Below, piece after piece: positions 39,100 through 51,021 of a stretch of DNA of 64,000 bases. Made by a program: the position numbers and the translations under genes. The first letter of the stretch is position 1. Each line of letters begins with the position of its first letter. Origin of the DNA: Georgfuchsia sp. (GTDB taxonomy: Bacteria; Pseudomonadota; Gammaproteobacteria; Burkholderiales; Rhodocyclaceae); NCBI GenBank assembly GCA_049276455.1, contig JBASWL010000224.1, positions 50,351-114,350 of the forward strand, in the 5' to 3' direction. Under the pieces are notes generated by a model. It searched no databases. It was given only the letters and a program-made list of their open reading frames with translations, and was not told the origin of the DNA.

Positions 39100-39726
39100 T
39101 TGGCCCTGAAAAAATATTTCATCACCGGCCTGTTGATCTGGGTGCCGCTGGCGATCACCCTTTGGGTGCTTGCCATGATCATCCGCACCATGGATCAGTC
39201 GCTGCTGCTGCTGCCGGAAGCGTTGCGCCCCGAGCATCTGATGGGTTTCTACCTGCCCGGTATCGGCGTCGTACTGACGCTGCTTGTGGTTCTCTTCAGT
39301 GGCGTCGTGGCGACCAACATTGTCGGACAGCGGTTGGTTTTGTTCTGGGAGAGCGTCCTTTCCCGTATTCCGGTTGTCAAATCGGTTTATCACAGCGTCA
39401 AGCAAGTCAGTGACACGCTTTTGGGTAGTAGCGGCGAGGGTTTGCGCAAAGTGCTGCTGGTGCGCTATCCGCATCCGGAAGCCTGGTCGATTGCCTTCCA
39501 GACCAATGTCCCTGTCAGCGAAGTTTCCGCTGCATGCGAGGGGGAACTGGTCGGCGTCTTCATTCCGACCGCCCCCAGCCCGGTCAACGGATTTTTCTTT
39601 TTTGTACGTAAACGCGACACGATAGAACTCGATATGAGCGTTGATAGCGCGCTCAAGTACATCATTTCAATGGGTGTGGTCGCTCCGACCACGAAGCATC
39701 CCGCCAATCGTACCCAGAACAAATAG
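39100..39726 (+). CDS. DUF502 domain membrane protein
   Basis: 208 aa with a TTG start. DUF502-like blocks are [31 protein letters not shown] and [14 protein letters not shown]. Confidence 0.8.
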   Translation: MALKKYFITGLLIWVPLAITLWVLAMIIRTMDQSLLLLPEALRPEHLMGFYLPGIGVVLTLLVVLFSGVVATNIVGQRLVLFWESVLSRIPVVKSVYHSVKQVSDTLLGSSGEGLRKVLLVRYPHPEAWSIAFQTNVPVSEVSAACEGELVGVFIPTAPSPVNGFFFFVRKRDTIELDMSVDSALKYIISMGVVAPTTKHPANRTQNK

Positions 39727-39773
39727 CCCCGGCGCTGGCACCGCCTGCGCCTTTTTCATCTCATGGAATCAAT

Positions 39774-41573
39774 ATGCGTACTTACTACTGCGGCCAACTC
39801 AATGCCGGACTGATTGATCAAACCGTCACCCTCTGCGGCTGGGCTCACCGCCGCCGCGATCATGGCGGCGTCATTTTTATCGACCTGCGCGACCGCGAAG
39901 GTCTGGCGCAAGTCGTCTGCGATCCGGATCGCGCGGAGATGTTCGCGCTGGCAGAAAGTGTGCGCAACGAGTTCGTTCTGCGCGTTACCGGCAAGGTGCG
40001 CCACCGCCCGGCCGGCACCGTGAATGCCAATCTCGCCTCCGGCGAAATCGAAATCCTTTGCCATGAAATCGAAATCCTCAATCCCGCCGTCACGCCGCCC
40101 TTCTCGCTTGACGATGACAATCTCTCCGAGAACGTGCGCCTGACGCATCGCGTCATCGACCTGCGCCGTCCGCAGATGCAGAAAAACCTGATGTTGCGTT
40201 ATCGCACCACCATGGCGTTCCGCCGCTTCCTCGATGCCAACGGCTTTATCGATATCGAAACGCCAATGTTGACCAAGAGTACGCCGGAAGGCGCGCGAGA
40301 CTATCTGGTGCCGTCGCGTGTGCAGCCGGGGCAGTTCTTCGCTCTGCCGCAATCACCACAACTGTTCAAGCAGTTGCTGATGGTGGCTGGCTACGACCGC
40401 TACTACCAGATCGTCAAATGCTTCCGCGACGAAGACCTGCGTGCCGACCGCCAGCCTGAATTCACCCAGGTCGATATTGAAACCTCGTTCATGGACGAGC
40501 ACCGGATCATGGCCCTGATGGAGGCAATGATCCGCGAGGTGTTCAAGGAAGCGCTTGACGTCGAACTGCCAAATCCCTTCCCGCGCATGAGCTATGGCGA
40601 AGCCATGCAGCGTTACGGTTCCGACAAGCCCGATCTGCGCGTGACGCTGGAACTGGTTGATGTCACCGATGCCGTAACCGATGTCGCCTTCAAGGTGTTC
40701 AGCGGCCCTGCCACCTCAGGTGGTCGCGTCGCAGCCCTGCGTATTCCGAACGGTGCCAGCCTGACCCGCAGCGAGATTGACGGCTACGCCGAATTCGTCA
40801 AGATCTACGGCGCCAAGGGTCTGGCCTATATCAAGGTCAACGATGCATCGAAGCTTAACGAGGAAGGCCTGCAATCGCCCATCGTCAAGAACCTCCACGC
40901 AGATGCGCTCAAGGCCATCGTCGAGCGCACTGGTGCACAAAGCGGCGACCTTATATTCTTTGGCGCCGACAAGACCAAGATCGTCAATGACGCCATCGGT
41001 GCCCTGCGCATCAAGCTCGGCCACGAGAAGGGCCATCTCAACGGCAAGGCTTGGGAACCACTCTGGGTGGTGGATTTCCCCATGTTCGAATACGACGAGG
41101 AGGGCAAGCGCTGGAATGCCTGCCATCATCCATTCACCGCGCCCAAAGACGGTCACGATGATTTTCTCGAAACCGATCCGGGCAAGTGTCTGGCCAAGGC
41201 CTACGACCTTGCCCTGAACGGCTCGGAAATCGGCGGCGGCTCTGTCCGTATCCATCGCGAGGAAGTGCAGAGCAAGGTGTTCCGCGCGCTCGGCATTGGC
41301 GCCGAGGAGGCGCAGCTCAAGTTCGGCTTCCTGCTTGATGCCCTCAAGTATGGCGCGCCGCCGCACGGCGGCCTCGCCTTCGGCCTCGATCGCATCGTCA
41401 CCATGATGACCGGCGCCGAGTCGATCCGCGACGTGATCGCCTTCCCCAAGACCCAGCGCGCGCAATGTCTGCTCACCAATGCGCCGTCGCCGGTCGACGA
41501 AAAGCAGCTGCGTGAATTGCATATCCGCCTGCGGCAGAAGGTGGAAACGCAGGTCGAAGTCGAAAAATCCTGA
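39774..41573 (+). CDS. aspS: Aspartate--tRNA ligase
   Basis: 599 aa: MRTYYCGQL...[22 protein letters not shown], with class II motifs ([28 protein letters not shown]). Confidence 0.97.
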   Translation: MRTYYCGQLNAGLIDQTVTLCGWAHRRRDHGGVIFIDLRDREGLAQVVCDPDRAEMFALAESVRNEFVLRVTGKVRHRPAGTVNANLASGEIEILCHEIEILNPAVTPPFSLDDDNLSENVRLTHRVIDLRRPQMQKNLMLRYRTTMAFRRFLDANGFIDIETPMLTKSTPEGARDYLVPSRVQPGQFFALPQSPQLFKQLLMVAGYDRYYQIVKCFRDEDLRADRQPEFTQVDIETSFMDEHRIMALMEAMIREVFKEALDVELPNPFPRMSYGEAMQRYGSDKPDLRVTLELVDVTDAVTDVAFKVFSGPATSGGRVAALRIPNGASLTRSEIDGYAEFVKIYGAKGLAYIKVNDASKLNEEGLQSPIVKNLHADALKAIVERTGAQSGDLIFFGADKTKIVNDAIGALRIKLGHEKGHLNGKAWEPLWVVDFPMFEYDEEGKRWNACHHPFTAPKDGHDDFLETDPGKCLAKAYDLALNGSEIGGGSVRIHREEVQSKVFRALGIGAEEAQLKFGFLLDALKYGAPPHGGLAFGLDRIVTMMTGAESIRDVIAFPKTQRAQCLLTNAPSPVDEKQLRELHIRLRQKVETQVEVEKS

Positions 41574-41592
41574 GCAATGCGGCAAGCCCGGT

Positions 41593-42036
41593 ATGAAATA
41601 CAAAATACCGGTCTCCGTGCTCGTGGTGATTCACACCCCCACGCTCGAAGTGCTACTACTGGAGCGCGCCAGACACCCTGGGTTCTGGCAATCGGTCACG
41701 GGCAGTATTGAAGAAGGCGAAGTGCTGCCTGAAACAGCGCGGCGCGAAGTGCTGGAGGAAACCGGCATCGAGGCGCCCGCGAGCGATTTCGTGGCATGGA
41801 ATGTTGTCAACAACTTCCGCATCTCGCTCTTGCCGGAGCGCTTCGCACCGGGTGTTACCCATAATCGGGAAAACGTTTTCAGCCTGTGCGTGCCTTCAGC
41901 GATGCCGATACAACTGGCGCCCGACGAGCACCTTGCCTATCGCTGGCTGCCCTGGCGCGAAGCGGCAGCGGAATGTTTCTCGTGGACCAACCGCGATGCC
42001 ATCCTCATGCTGCCTTTGCAGCAAGCAACTCCTTGA
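41593..42036 (+). CDS. nudB: Nudix hydrolase, dihydroneopterin triphosphate diphosphatase NudB-like
   Basis: Trimmed to ATG 41593. The Nudix box is GSIEEGEVLPETARREVLEETGI. aspS-nudB adjacency matches E. coli. Confidence 0.7.
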   Translation: MKYKIPVSVLVVIHTPTLEVLLLERARHPGFWQSVTGSIEEGEVLPETARREVLEETGIEAPASDFVAWNVVNNFRISLLPERFAPGVTHNRENVFSLCVPSAMPIQLAPDEHLAYRWLPWREAAAECFSWTNRDAILMLPLQQATP

Positions 42037-42193
42037 GGCATTGGGGGCAGTAGCAGCCCCCCGCTTCGGCGCCGGCATCGGCCAGTACCGGCAACGCCAT
42101 GCACCAGCAGGTTTTTTCACCCGTTTTCGCGCCACAACGAAACTCGACACCGCACTTCGGGCAGCGGTTGTTTTCATGCATTTCAGAAGACAT
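42005..42193 (-). CDS. Cysteine-rich CWC family small protein
   Basis: Trimmed to ATG 42193: MSSEMHENNRCPKCGVEFRCGAKTGEKTCWCMALPV...GGCYCPQCLKE has eight Cys in 62 aa. The 3' end overlaps the nudB 3' end by 32 nt. Confidence 0.6.
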   Translation of the reverse strand: MSSEMHENNRCPKCGVEFRCGAKTGEKTCWCMALPVLADAGAEAGGCYCPQCLKELLAAKAA

Positions 42194-42240
42194 GGCGGAG
42201 ATTGTGGATGCAAATGTTCGCGAGGGCAAGGGGCTCCAGC

Positions 42241-42270
42241 ACTTGAAAATTTGCGGGGCATCCCGATCTA
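42241..42270 (+). promoter_or_regulatory. Candidate sigma-32 (RpoH) heat-shock promoter of the hsp20 gene
   Basis: CTTGAAA-13 nt-CCCGATCT compares with the consensus CTTGAAA-N13-15-CCCCATNT. It lies about 55 nt upstream of the hsp20 start. Confidence 0.55.
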
Positions 42271-42322
42271 TCCGGTACGCGGCAATGACGCCGCACCCAT
42301 TAACTGAAACAAGGAGAAACAC

Positions 42323-42736
42323 ATGAGCAACCTGAAACGCTATGATCCGTTTGACGATCTGTTTCGTGGTTTTTTCGTGCGCCCCGTGGATTTCGGCCAG
42401 GGCCACGAAGCGCCCGAGATGCGTGTCGATGTGAAAGAGGACGAAAAGTCCTACCAGGTTCATGCCGAGTTACCGGGAGTAAACAAGGAAGATATTCACG
42501 TCGATATTGATGGTGCCATAGTGGCAATCAGCGCCGAACGCAAGCAGGAAAAGGAAGTTAATGAAGGCAACCGTTTATTGCGTACCGAGCGCTACTTTGG
42601 CAAGGTGTCACGCAGTTTCCAGCTGGCGCAGGAAATCGACGAAAGTCAGACCGTCGCCAAGTACAGCGATGGTGTGCTGGAACTGACACTGCCGAAGAAG
42701 GCCGCTGTGCAGGCCAAACGCATCAATATCCAGTAA
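42323..42736 (+). CDS. Hsp20/alpha-crystallin family small heat-shock protein
   Basis: 137 aa with an alpha-crystallin domain: DVKEDEKSYQVHAELPGVNKEDIHVDIDGAIVAISAERK...YSDGVLELTLPKK. Confidence 0.9.
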   Translation: MSNLKRYDPFDDLFRGFFVRPVDFGQGHEAPEMRVDVKEDEKSYQVHAELPGVNKEDIHVDIDGAIVAISAERKQEKEVNEGNRLLRTERYFGKVSRSFQLAQEIDESQTVAKYSDGVLELTLPKKAAVQAKRINIQ

Positions 42737-42754
42737 GCAGTAAGCGATAACTCA

Positions 42755-42785
42755 GGGCACGTAGCTGACTGCGCGTGCCCTTTTC
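42755..42785 (+). terminator. Rho-independent terminator after hsp20
   Basis: GGGCACG-12 nt-CGTGCCC followed by TTTT. Confidence 0.6.
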
Positions 42786-42823
42786 CTGCCGGCGCGGATA
42801 AAATGCTGGCTTCGATCGTTTAA

Positions 42824-43726
<903 letters not shown>

Positions 43727-43753
43727 GCGCCAGCGTCAAAAAGGGGGAACAAA

Positions 43754-44329
43754 ATGACCGCGAAACCGGGTGAGCGCAAGCTCCAGATACTGCAAACCAT
43801 CGCCACCATGCTGGAAAATCCAGCGGGAGAAAAGGTCACCACAGCGCTCCTGGCTGCCAAACTGGATGTTTCGGAAGCAGCGCTTTACCGCCATTTCGCC
43901 AGCAAGGCGCAGATGTACGAGGGACTCATCGAGTTCATCGAAAACGGCATTTTTTCGGTGCTGAACCAGATCAGTGTGGATGAGGAATCCGGCCTGAGGC
44001 AAGTGGAACTGATAGTCGCTACCGCCCTGCGCTTCGCACAAAAAAATCGCGGCCTGACGCGGGTGCTGGTTGGCGACGCATTGGTGCATGAAAGCCCGCG
44101 CCTGCAAGTGCGCATCAATCAGGTCACTGATCGCATCGAAGCGTCGCTGAAGCAAAGCCTGCGTATTGCCGTAACGCAGGGAAAGTTACAGGCTGGGCAC
44201 GACGTCGGCGTTCACGCATCAGTACTGGTGAACTATGTCATCGGTCGCTGGCACCGCTTCGTCAAGAGCGGATTCAAGCTCGACCCCATGGACCAGTGGG
44301 AACAACATTGGTTATTGCTAAAACAATAA
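43754..44329 (+). CDS. slmA: Nucleoid occlusion factor SlmA (TetR family)
   Basis: 191 aa, closely parallel to E. coli SlmA blocks: LQILQ..A.MLE, TTA.LAA...VSEAALYRHF.SK..M...LIEFIE, GLTRVL.G.AL. Confidence 0.85.
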   Translation: MTAKPGERKLQILQTIATMLENPAGEKVTTALLAAKLDVSEAALYRHFASKAQMYEGLIEFIENGIFSVLNQISVDEESGLRQVELIVATALRFAQKNRGLTRVLVGDALVHESPRLQVRINQVTDRIEASLKQSLRIAVTQGKLQAGHDVGVHASVLVNYVIGRWHRFVKSGFKLDPMDQWEQHWLLLKQ

Positions 44330-44355
44330 CCAGTTGGATCAATCTGAACCCTTGC

Positions 44356-44388
44356 CTACCCCCTCTCCAAGGAAGAGGGGGATTACTG
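44356..44388. repeat. REP-like C-rich palindromic element, copy B
   Basis: CCTACCCCCTCTCC-AA-GGAAGAGGGGG followed by ATTACTG. It lies between the convergent slmA and hemB 3' ends. Confidence 0.5.
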
Positions 44389-44411
44389 GGCCGTAGCGAC
44401 AGGATTGCAGC

Positions 44412-45422
<1,011 letters not shown>

Positions 45423-45620
45423 CTAAAATTAATTACGGAACTATTTTACTTGTTTCCTATCTGAGTAAGCAGGTGGCCCTCCGCCATCTCCCGCTGTCCT
45501 CCCTAAGCGGGGACCTTGATCATAAATCGAGGCATTATGCCCCTGGTTTCCTCCCCTTTTAACCAGGGGCTTGTTTTTTGCGCAAGCGCAATAAACAAGC
45601 CCTTTGGGCAAAATAATGAG

Positions 45621-45652
45621 CCATCCCCCTGCCCCTTCCCGAGGAAGGGGCG
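45621..45652. repeat. REP-like C-rich palindromic element, copy C
   Basis: CCATCCCCCTG followed by the hairpin CCCCTTCC-CGA-GGAAGGGG, 3 nt downstream of the engB stop. Confidence 0.5.
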
Positions 45653-45653
45653 A

Positions 45654-46271
45654 CTATATCGGCTCGCTACGCTCGTGGTTTTGATCCAGCCATGCGCCAA
45701 TAGCCGCTTCCGCTTCGTCCATGCCTGTTTTCTTCAGGCTGGAAAACAACTGCAATGTAATCTTGTCGCCAAACTTTTTCGCCTCTGTCTTTGCGGCGCT
45801 TAAGGTCTTGGCCTGTTCCTGCCGCGTCAGTTTGTCGGCCTTGGTCAGCAGGCAATGTATCGGCTTGCCGGTCGGCGCGAACCAGTTGATCATCTGCTGG
45901 TCGAGCAAGGTGAACGGTCTCCGCGCATCCATGATCAGCACCAGGCCGGCCAGATTGGGCCGTAGCGTCAGATACTTTTCCAGCAACACCCCCCAATCGC
46001 GTTTCACTTGCAACGGCACGGCGGCATAACCATATCCGGGCAAATCCACCAAAGCTGCGCCATTCTTCATGCGAAAAACATTAATTAACTGCGTCCGCCC
46101 CGGTGTCTTGGACACGAAGGCGAGACGTGTGTGGCCGACCAAGGTGTTGATGGCCGAGGATTTGCCGGAGTTCGACCGCCCCGCAAATGCAATTTCAGGC
46201 GCAAAGGGAGGCGGCAAACCTGAGGGATTTGCAACCGAAATCTCAAACTCGGCGTGGCGGAACAGGGACAT
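45654..46271 (-). CDS. engB: Ribosome biogenesis GTP-binding protein YihA/EngB
   Basis: Trimmed to ATG 46271. The G1 block is GRSNSGKSSAIN. Also present are SKTPGRTQLINVF, DLPGYGYA and LTKADKL. Confidence 0.9.
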   Translation of the reverse strand: MSLFRHAEFEISVANPSGLPPPFAPEIAFAGRSNSGKSSAINTLVGHTRLAFVSKTPGRTQLINVFRMKNGAALVDLPGYGYAAVPLQVKRDWGVLLEKYLTLRPNLAGLVLIMDARRPFTLLDQQMINWFAPTGKPIHCLLTKADKLTRQEQAKTLSAAKTEAKKFGDKITLQLFSSLKKTGMDEAEAAIGAWLDQNHERSEPI

Positions 46272-46383
46272 AAGATGCCAACCATAGTGGCAAACACACG
46301 GCAAGTACGGAAGCGCGTGTGAAAAATTAGGCCGCTAGTATAGAATAAAGCGCTCCAAAAACCGCCCATTATCAGGAGCGCCC

Positions 46384-47046
46384 ATGAGGTCGAAGCATTT
46401 CCTGCTGCTGTTGCTGATCCTGCTCGCCGGCACACTTGCACAGGCCAATGAGCCTGCCAAGACAGAGCCATCAGCGGCCTTCAAGGCCGACCCGATCAAG
46501 GGTAAGCAAATTGCGAGTGGCGTTTGTGCCACCTGCCACAATGCCGATGGCAACAGCAATATCTCCACCAATCCGAAGCTGGCCGGACAAGGCGCCGAAT
46601 ATCTCTACAAGCAATTGAGGAATTTCAGGCCGGTCGATGGCAAGCCTGCCGAGCGTCCCAATGCGGTGATGGGCGGTATGGTAATGACACTCTCCTCGGA
46701 CGAGGACATGCGCAACGTCGCAGCCTGGTTCGCCTCGCAAACCCAGAAGGGTGGTCAAGCCAAGAACAGGGACACAGTTGAGTTTGGCCAGAAACTCTAT
46801 CGGAGTGGCGACCTGACCAAAGGCCTGCCCGCCTGTGCCGGTTGCCACGGACCCGCTGGCGCCGGCATTCCCGCGCAATATCCCCGCATTGGCGGCCAAC
46901 ATGCAGACTACATTGAAGCGCAATTAAAAATATTCCGTTCGGGTGAACGCGCCAACGATCCAAACAAGATGATGCGCCTGGTCGCAATCAAGATGACGGA
47001 TGCCGAAATCAAGGCGGTGGCCGATTACATCGCCGGCCTTCATTAA
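46384..47046 (+). CDS. Dihaem cytochrome c4
   Basis: It has a signal peptide and two CxxCH motifs (CATCH, CAGCH) with downstream Met ligand regions. Confidence 0.85.
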   Translation: MRSKHFLLLLLILLAGTLAQANEPAKTEPSAAFKADPIKGKQIASGVCATCHNADGNSNISTNPKLAGQGAEYLYKQLRNFRPVDGKPAERPNAVMGGMVMTLSSDEDMRNVAAWFASQTQKGGQAKNRDTVEFGQKLYRSGDLTKGLPACAGCHGPAGAGIPAQYPRIGGQHADYIEAQLKIFRSGERANDPNKMMRLVAIKMTDAEIKAVADYIAGLH

Positions 47047-47096
47047 ACCGGCGGCCCCCAGTCATGGCGGGTAAAGCCAGCAAACTGGTTTGGCGT

Positions 47097-47858
47097 TCAG
47101 ACTGATAGCCCCCTAGGCTTGCGACCTGCGCGTGCGGCAAGCCGGTCGTAGATCGCATCCGGCAGCAGGCGCATCAGGGTAGCGACGACGCCCATTTGCC
47201 ACGGCACCACGCTGCGCCGCGCACCGCGATCAATGGCACGCAGCATGCGTTGTGCTGCCTCCTCGGCGTCAAGCAGAAAGGGCATCGGATACTCGTTCAC
47301 CGCTGTCATCGGCGTCGCGATATATCCCGGCGCTATGGTGACAACCTTGACACCGCAATCGCGCATCTCAATGCGCAAGGCTTCAAGATAGGCAAAGGTC
47401 GCCGCCTTTGAGGCCGAATAGGCGCCGGCACCAGGCAGGCCGCGTACACCAGCCACCGAGGCGATGCCCACCAGCCGTCCGTTGCCGCGCTGGCGCATGG
47501 CGGCGGCAAACGGAGCAAAAGTGTTAACCATGCCCATGACATTGGTCGCGAAGATGCGCTCGAAGGTCTTGAGGTCGCTGGTTTCTTCGGTCAACGTACC
47601 GGCCGAGACGCCCGCATTGGCGATCACGACATCGGGCAGCCCGGCGCGGGAAATGAAGTCGTTTGCAGCTGTCTGCAGGGCTTCCGCGTTGGCAACATCA
47701 AGCGGGTAAATGAAGCTTGGTACCGACAGGGCCGCCGCCAGTTCGCTCAACACGGCTTCACGCCGCGCCACGAGCGCCAGCGTTGCGCCGCGTGCCGTAT
47801 AGGCGCGCGCCAGAGCAGCACCGATTCCCGATGAGGCGCCGGTGATGAAAACGCGCAT
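47097..47858 (-). CDS. SDR family short-chain oxidoreductase
   Basis: TGASSGIG Rossmann motif, NAG, and YSASK catalytic motif. Confidence 0.85.
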   Translation of the reverse strand: MRVFITGASSGIGAALARAYTARGATLALVARREAVLSELAAALSVPSFIYPLDVANAEALQTAANDFISRAGLPDVVIANAGVSAGTLTEETSDLKTFERIFATNVMGMVNTFAPFAAAMRQRGNGRLVGIASVAGVRGLPGAGAYSASKAATFAYLEALRIEMRDCGVKVVTIAPGYIATPMTAVNEYPMPFLLDAEEAAQRMLRAIDRGARRSVVPWQMGVVATLMRLLPDAIYDRLAARAGRKPRGLSV

Positions 47859-47873
47859 CGATGGATTGACGGA

Positions 47874-48509
47874 TTATTTTTTGCTGGCGCGGGCCATGTC
47901 GATGATCTGGTCGGTCAGCGCCAACAGATCGTCATAGCTCTGGATGGTGTCCTTCAGCACAATGTAGCGGCCATCAACCACGATGGTCGGCACGCCGCTG
48001 ATCTTGTGCGAGGCTGCCAGTTTCTGGGCGTGCTGTGCCTTGGTCAGGATGCCGAAGGAATTGTACATATCATTGAACTTCTTCGCGTCGAGACCCTTCT
48101 TCGCTACCCAAGCCTTGATCGCCGCTTCATCGTTTATGTTCAGCTTCCTGTCACGGTGAATCGAGGCGAAAACGTCGCCGCGCATCTTGTCTTCAACTCC
48201 CATTGTCTGGAGCGAATAGAACAGCTTGGCGGCGGGCTCCGCCTGTCCATCCGCGAGTGGCACATGGGAAAAACTTACGTCCTTGGGTAGTTTCTTGACC
48301 CAGGGATTGATGAAAGGTTCCAGGTGATAGCAGTGCGGACACCCATAGGAAAAGAACTCAAGGACTTCAATCTTGCCCGGTGCAGCATCGGTCGGCTGCG
48401 GCGGGCTGATGAGATCGTAGTGCTGACCTTTTTGCAAGGATGTGGCATTGGCAGCGGCCAGAAAAACGAAAAAACCGACAGCAGCGAACAAGGCTTTCAC
48501 GATACGCAT
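47874..48509 (-). CDS. dsbA: Thiol:disulfide interchange protein DsbA
   Basis: It has a signal peptide and the active site FFSYGCPHCYHLEP. The GVPTIVVDGRY cis-Pro loop is present. Confidence 0.9.
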   Translation of the reverse strand: MRIVKALFAAVGFFVFLAAANATSLQKGQHYDLISPPQPTDAAPGKIEVLEFFSYGCPHCYHLEPFINPWVKKLPKDVSFSHVPLADGQAEPAAKLFYSLQTMGVEDKMRGDVFASIHRDRKLNINDEAAIKAWVAKKGLDAKKFNDMYNSFGILTKAQHAQKLAASHKISGVPTIVVDGRYIVLKDTIQSYDDLLALTDQIIDMARASKK

Positions 48510-48526
48510 GAGGATATCTCCAATCT

Positions 48527-49162
48527 TTAGGGTCTATCAGTTTTCGACTCGGCATCCGGCATTTGATTTCCGGTATCCCTCATCTTGATCAAGGTGGCCT
48601 GCACGCCATTCTGCGCCATCAACGTGCGCACCTGATTCATTTCATTGGGCGTGGCATAGGGTCCGGTTCGTACCCGATGCAACGTTCCCTTGTCAGGTAT
48701 CAGCACATCCTGCACACTGGCTTCGACGCCGATCAGCGCCAGCCTGGCCTTGATATTGTCAGCATCAGCTGCTTTCTGAAAAGCCCCGACCTGCAGGTAG
48801 AACTGTTGCGCAGGTGCCTGAACCTGGCCCGGTTCCTGGTCATCGGACGGCGAAGAGTTTGCTGCATTATTGTTCGGCGCAGGTTCCTGCGTGCCGGGCA
48901 GTATCTTGTAGAACTCGAAACGCGGTTTCTCGATTGGCTTGTCACCTGGCTTGCCCGGCAGAGGAAGCGCGTCCTGTCCATTGCTCGTGGTGCCGTCATA
49001 ATCCGGCCGGCCACTTTTTTCCAAGAAGGGCAATGGCGCCTTGTTGAGGTAGAGCACGACGCCAAAGGCGATCAGCACACCGATGATGAGGCCGACGAAA
49101 CCGCCGAGCAGCAATTTGCTACCGCTGCCGCGTTGCCTGCCATTGTTAGTCGTTTTACCCAT
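48527..49162 (-). CDS. SPOR domain cell-division protein (FtsN-like)
   Basis: It has a membrane anchor, a Pro/Gln-rich linker and a C-terminal SPOR domain (FYLQVGAFQKAADADNIKARLALIGVEA...HRVRTGPY). The start shares one nt with the argS stop (TAATG). Confidence 0.7.
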   Translation of the reverse strand: MGKTTNNGRQRGSGSKLLLGGFVGLIIGVLIAFGVVLYLNKAPLPFLEKSGRPDYDGTTSNGQDALPLPGKPGDKPIEKPRFEFYKILPGTQEPAPNNNAANSSPSDDQEPGQVQAPAQQFYLQVGAFQKAADADNIKARLALIGVEASVQDVLIPDKGTLHRVRTGPYATPNEMNQVRTLMAQNGVQATLIKMRDTGNQMPDAESKTDRP

Positions 49163-50934
49163 TACATCGACTCCGGTGCAGATACGCCAAGAAGTTTCAA
49201 CCCGTTTGCCAACGTCCGCTTTACCGCCAATGCCAAAGCGAGTCGCGCCTGTTTGAGCGCCTTGTCTTCGACGAGCAGACGTTCCGCGTTATACCAGCCA
49301 TGAAAGCAGGCCGCCAGTTCCTTGAGATAGAAGGCAACCCCATGCGGCGCATAGTCGCATGCGGCGTTTTCGATGACCACGGGGAATTCGCGCAACTGCG
49401 CACACAGCGACAGTTCGTGCGAACTGGTCAGTAATGCCAGATCTGCATTCGCCAATGCAGCCACGGATTCCTTCCACTCGGTGCCCGGCCAGCCTGAAAG
49501 TACCGAGCAGATGCGTGCATGCGCGTACTGCACGTAGTACACCGGATTGTCGTTCGATTGCGAAGTGGCAAGGTCGAGATCGAAATCGAGCGCAAGATCT
49601 GACTTGCGCAGCATGTAGAAAAAGCGGCATGCGTCGTTGCCGACTTCCTCGCGTAACGCGCGCAGGGTGACGAATTCACCGGAGCGGGTCGACATCGAAG
49701 CCTTCTCGCCGTTGCGATACAGGCTGACGAATTGCACCAGCGACACGTCGAGCTTGTCGGCGTCCAGGCCGAGCGCGGTCAATGCACCCTTCACGCGCGG
49801 GATGTAACCGTGGTGGTCAGCACCCCAGACATCGATGACCTTGTCGAAACCGCGCTCGAACTTGTCGAGGTGATAGGCGATATCGGAAGCGAAGTAAGTG
49901 TAGAGGCCGTTGTCGCGCTGCACGACGCGATCCTTCTCATCGCCGAAGGCGGTGGACCGGAACCATTTGGCGCCGTCCTTGAGGTAGATGTGGTTCTGCT
50001 GTTCGAGGCGCTCGACGATGCGTTGTACAGCACCCGAGGTATACAGCGAATTCTCCGAATACCAGACGTCGAAGTCGACGCCGAAGGCTGAGAGATCCTG
50101 CTTGCAGTCTTCCAGTTGCTCGTTCAGCGCAAATTGGTGGATGCGTTGCCAGCCGGCACCGAGCAGGCGCTTGCCGGCGGCGATGAGGCCGTCGAGACGC
50201 GCCTCGATGTCGCCATCGATGGGCGGCAAACCATCGAGCACTGCATTGGTGGCCCGCACATGGATGTTGCCATCCGCCTGCTTGATGCCGAGCGCCATGC
50301 CGCGCACATAATCACCCTGATAGGCATTGGGTGGAAAGGGAACCGATACATCATGCATTTCGAGATAGCGCAACCAGGTCGACACGGCAAGGATGTCCAT
50401 CTGCCGGCCGGCGTCATTGACGTAGTACTCACGCGTCACGGCATAGCCGGCAAAATCGAGCACGGCAGCAAGGCTGGCGCCATAAGCCGCGCCACGACCA
50501 TGGCCGACATGCATCGGACCGGTGGGATTGGCCGAAACGAATTCCACTTGTACTTTACATCCCGCGCCCAGCTTGATGCGGCCGAAATCTGCGCCCTGTG
50601 CCAGTACTTCACCAATCACGCTGGTACGCGCCGCTGTGGCAAGCGTGAAGTTGATGAAGCCAGCGCCGGCAATCTCGGTCTTCTCGACCAGATCCGAGGC
50701 CGGCAGCGCGGCGAGCAGCTTCTGCGCAATCGCGCGCGGATTGGTCTTTAGCGGGCGGGCGAGCTGCATGGCCAGATTACTGGCGAAATCGCCGTGATTC
50801 GCCTGCTTGGGGCGTTCAATCAGAATGTCCGCCGCGGCAGTATCGGACGCAACTTCAGGCGCCACAGAGGAGAGCGCTGCATGCAGCAGTTGCGCAATAT
50901 GCGCTTTGAGGTCGGGAGGAGAGTTGGAGGACAT
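49162..50934 (-). CDS. argS: Arginine--tRNA ligase
   Basis: Trimmed to ATG 50934. The class I HIGH-type motif is ANPTGPMHVGHGR and the MSTR block is SMSTRSGEFVTL. A C-terminal DALR anticodon-binding domain is present. Confidence 0.95.
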   Translation of the reverse strand: MSSNSPPDLKAHIAQLLHAALSSVAPEVASDTAAADILIERPKQANHGDFASNLAMQLARPLKTNPRAIAQKLLAALPASDLVEKTEIAGAGFINFTLATAARTSVIGEVLAQGADFGRIKLGAGCKVQVEFVSANPTGPMHVGHGRGAAYGASLAAVLDFAGYAVTREYYVNDAGRQMDILAVSTWLRYLEMHDVSVPFPPNAYQGDYVRGMALGIKQADGNIHVRATNAVLDGLPPIDGDIEARLDGLIAAGKRLLGAGWQRIHQFALNEQLEDCKQDLSAFGVDFDVWYSENSLYTSGAVQRIVERLEQQNHIYLKDGAKWFRSTAFGDEKDRVVQRDNGLYTYFASDIAYHLDKFERGFDKVIDVWGADHHGYIPRVKGALTALGLDADKLDVSLVQFVSLYRNGEKASMSTRSGEFVTLRALREEVGNDACRFFYMLRKSDLALDFDLDLATSQSNDNPVYYVQYAHARICSVLSGWPGTEWKESVAALANADLALLTSSHELSLCAQLREFPVVIENAACDYAPHGVAFYLKELAACFHGWYNAERLLVEDKALKQARLALALAVKRTLANGLKLLGVSAPESM

Positions 50935-51021
50935 GGGGTGTAAAGCAGTAGCGGGCCGGGGTTCTGTCTGCATAGCCCTTGGCAAAGGCAGCATTATAGC
51001 GGCCCAACCTTTCGCCACGTC

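Noticed and set aside
42194-42463. Upstream 90 codons of ORF 42005-42463
   Set aside because: This part runs antisense through the hsp20 promoter and start region and has no protein-like features. Only the C-terminal 62-aa Cys-rich part looks real.
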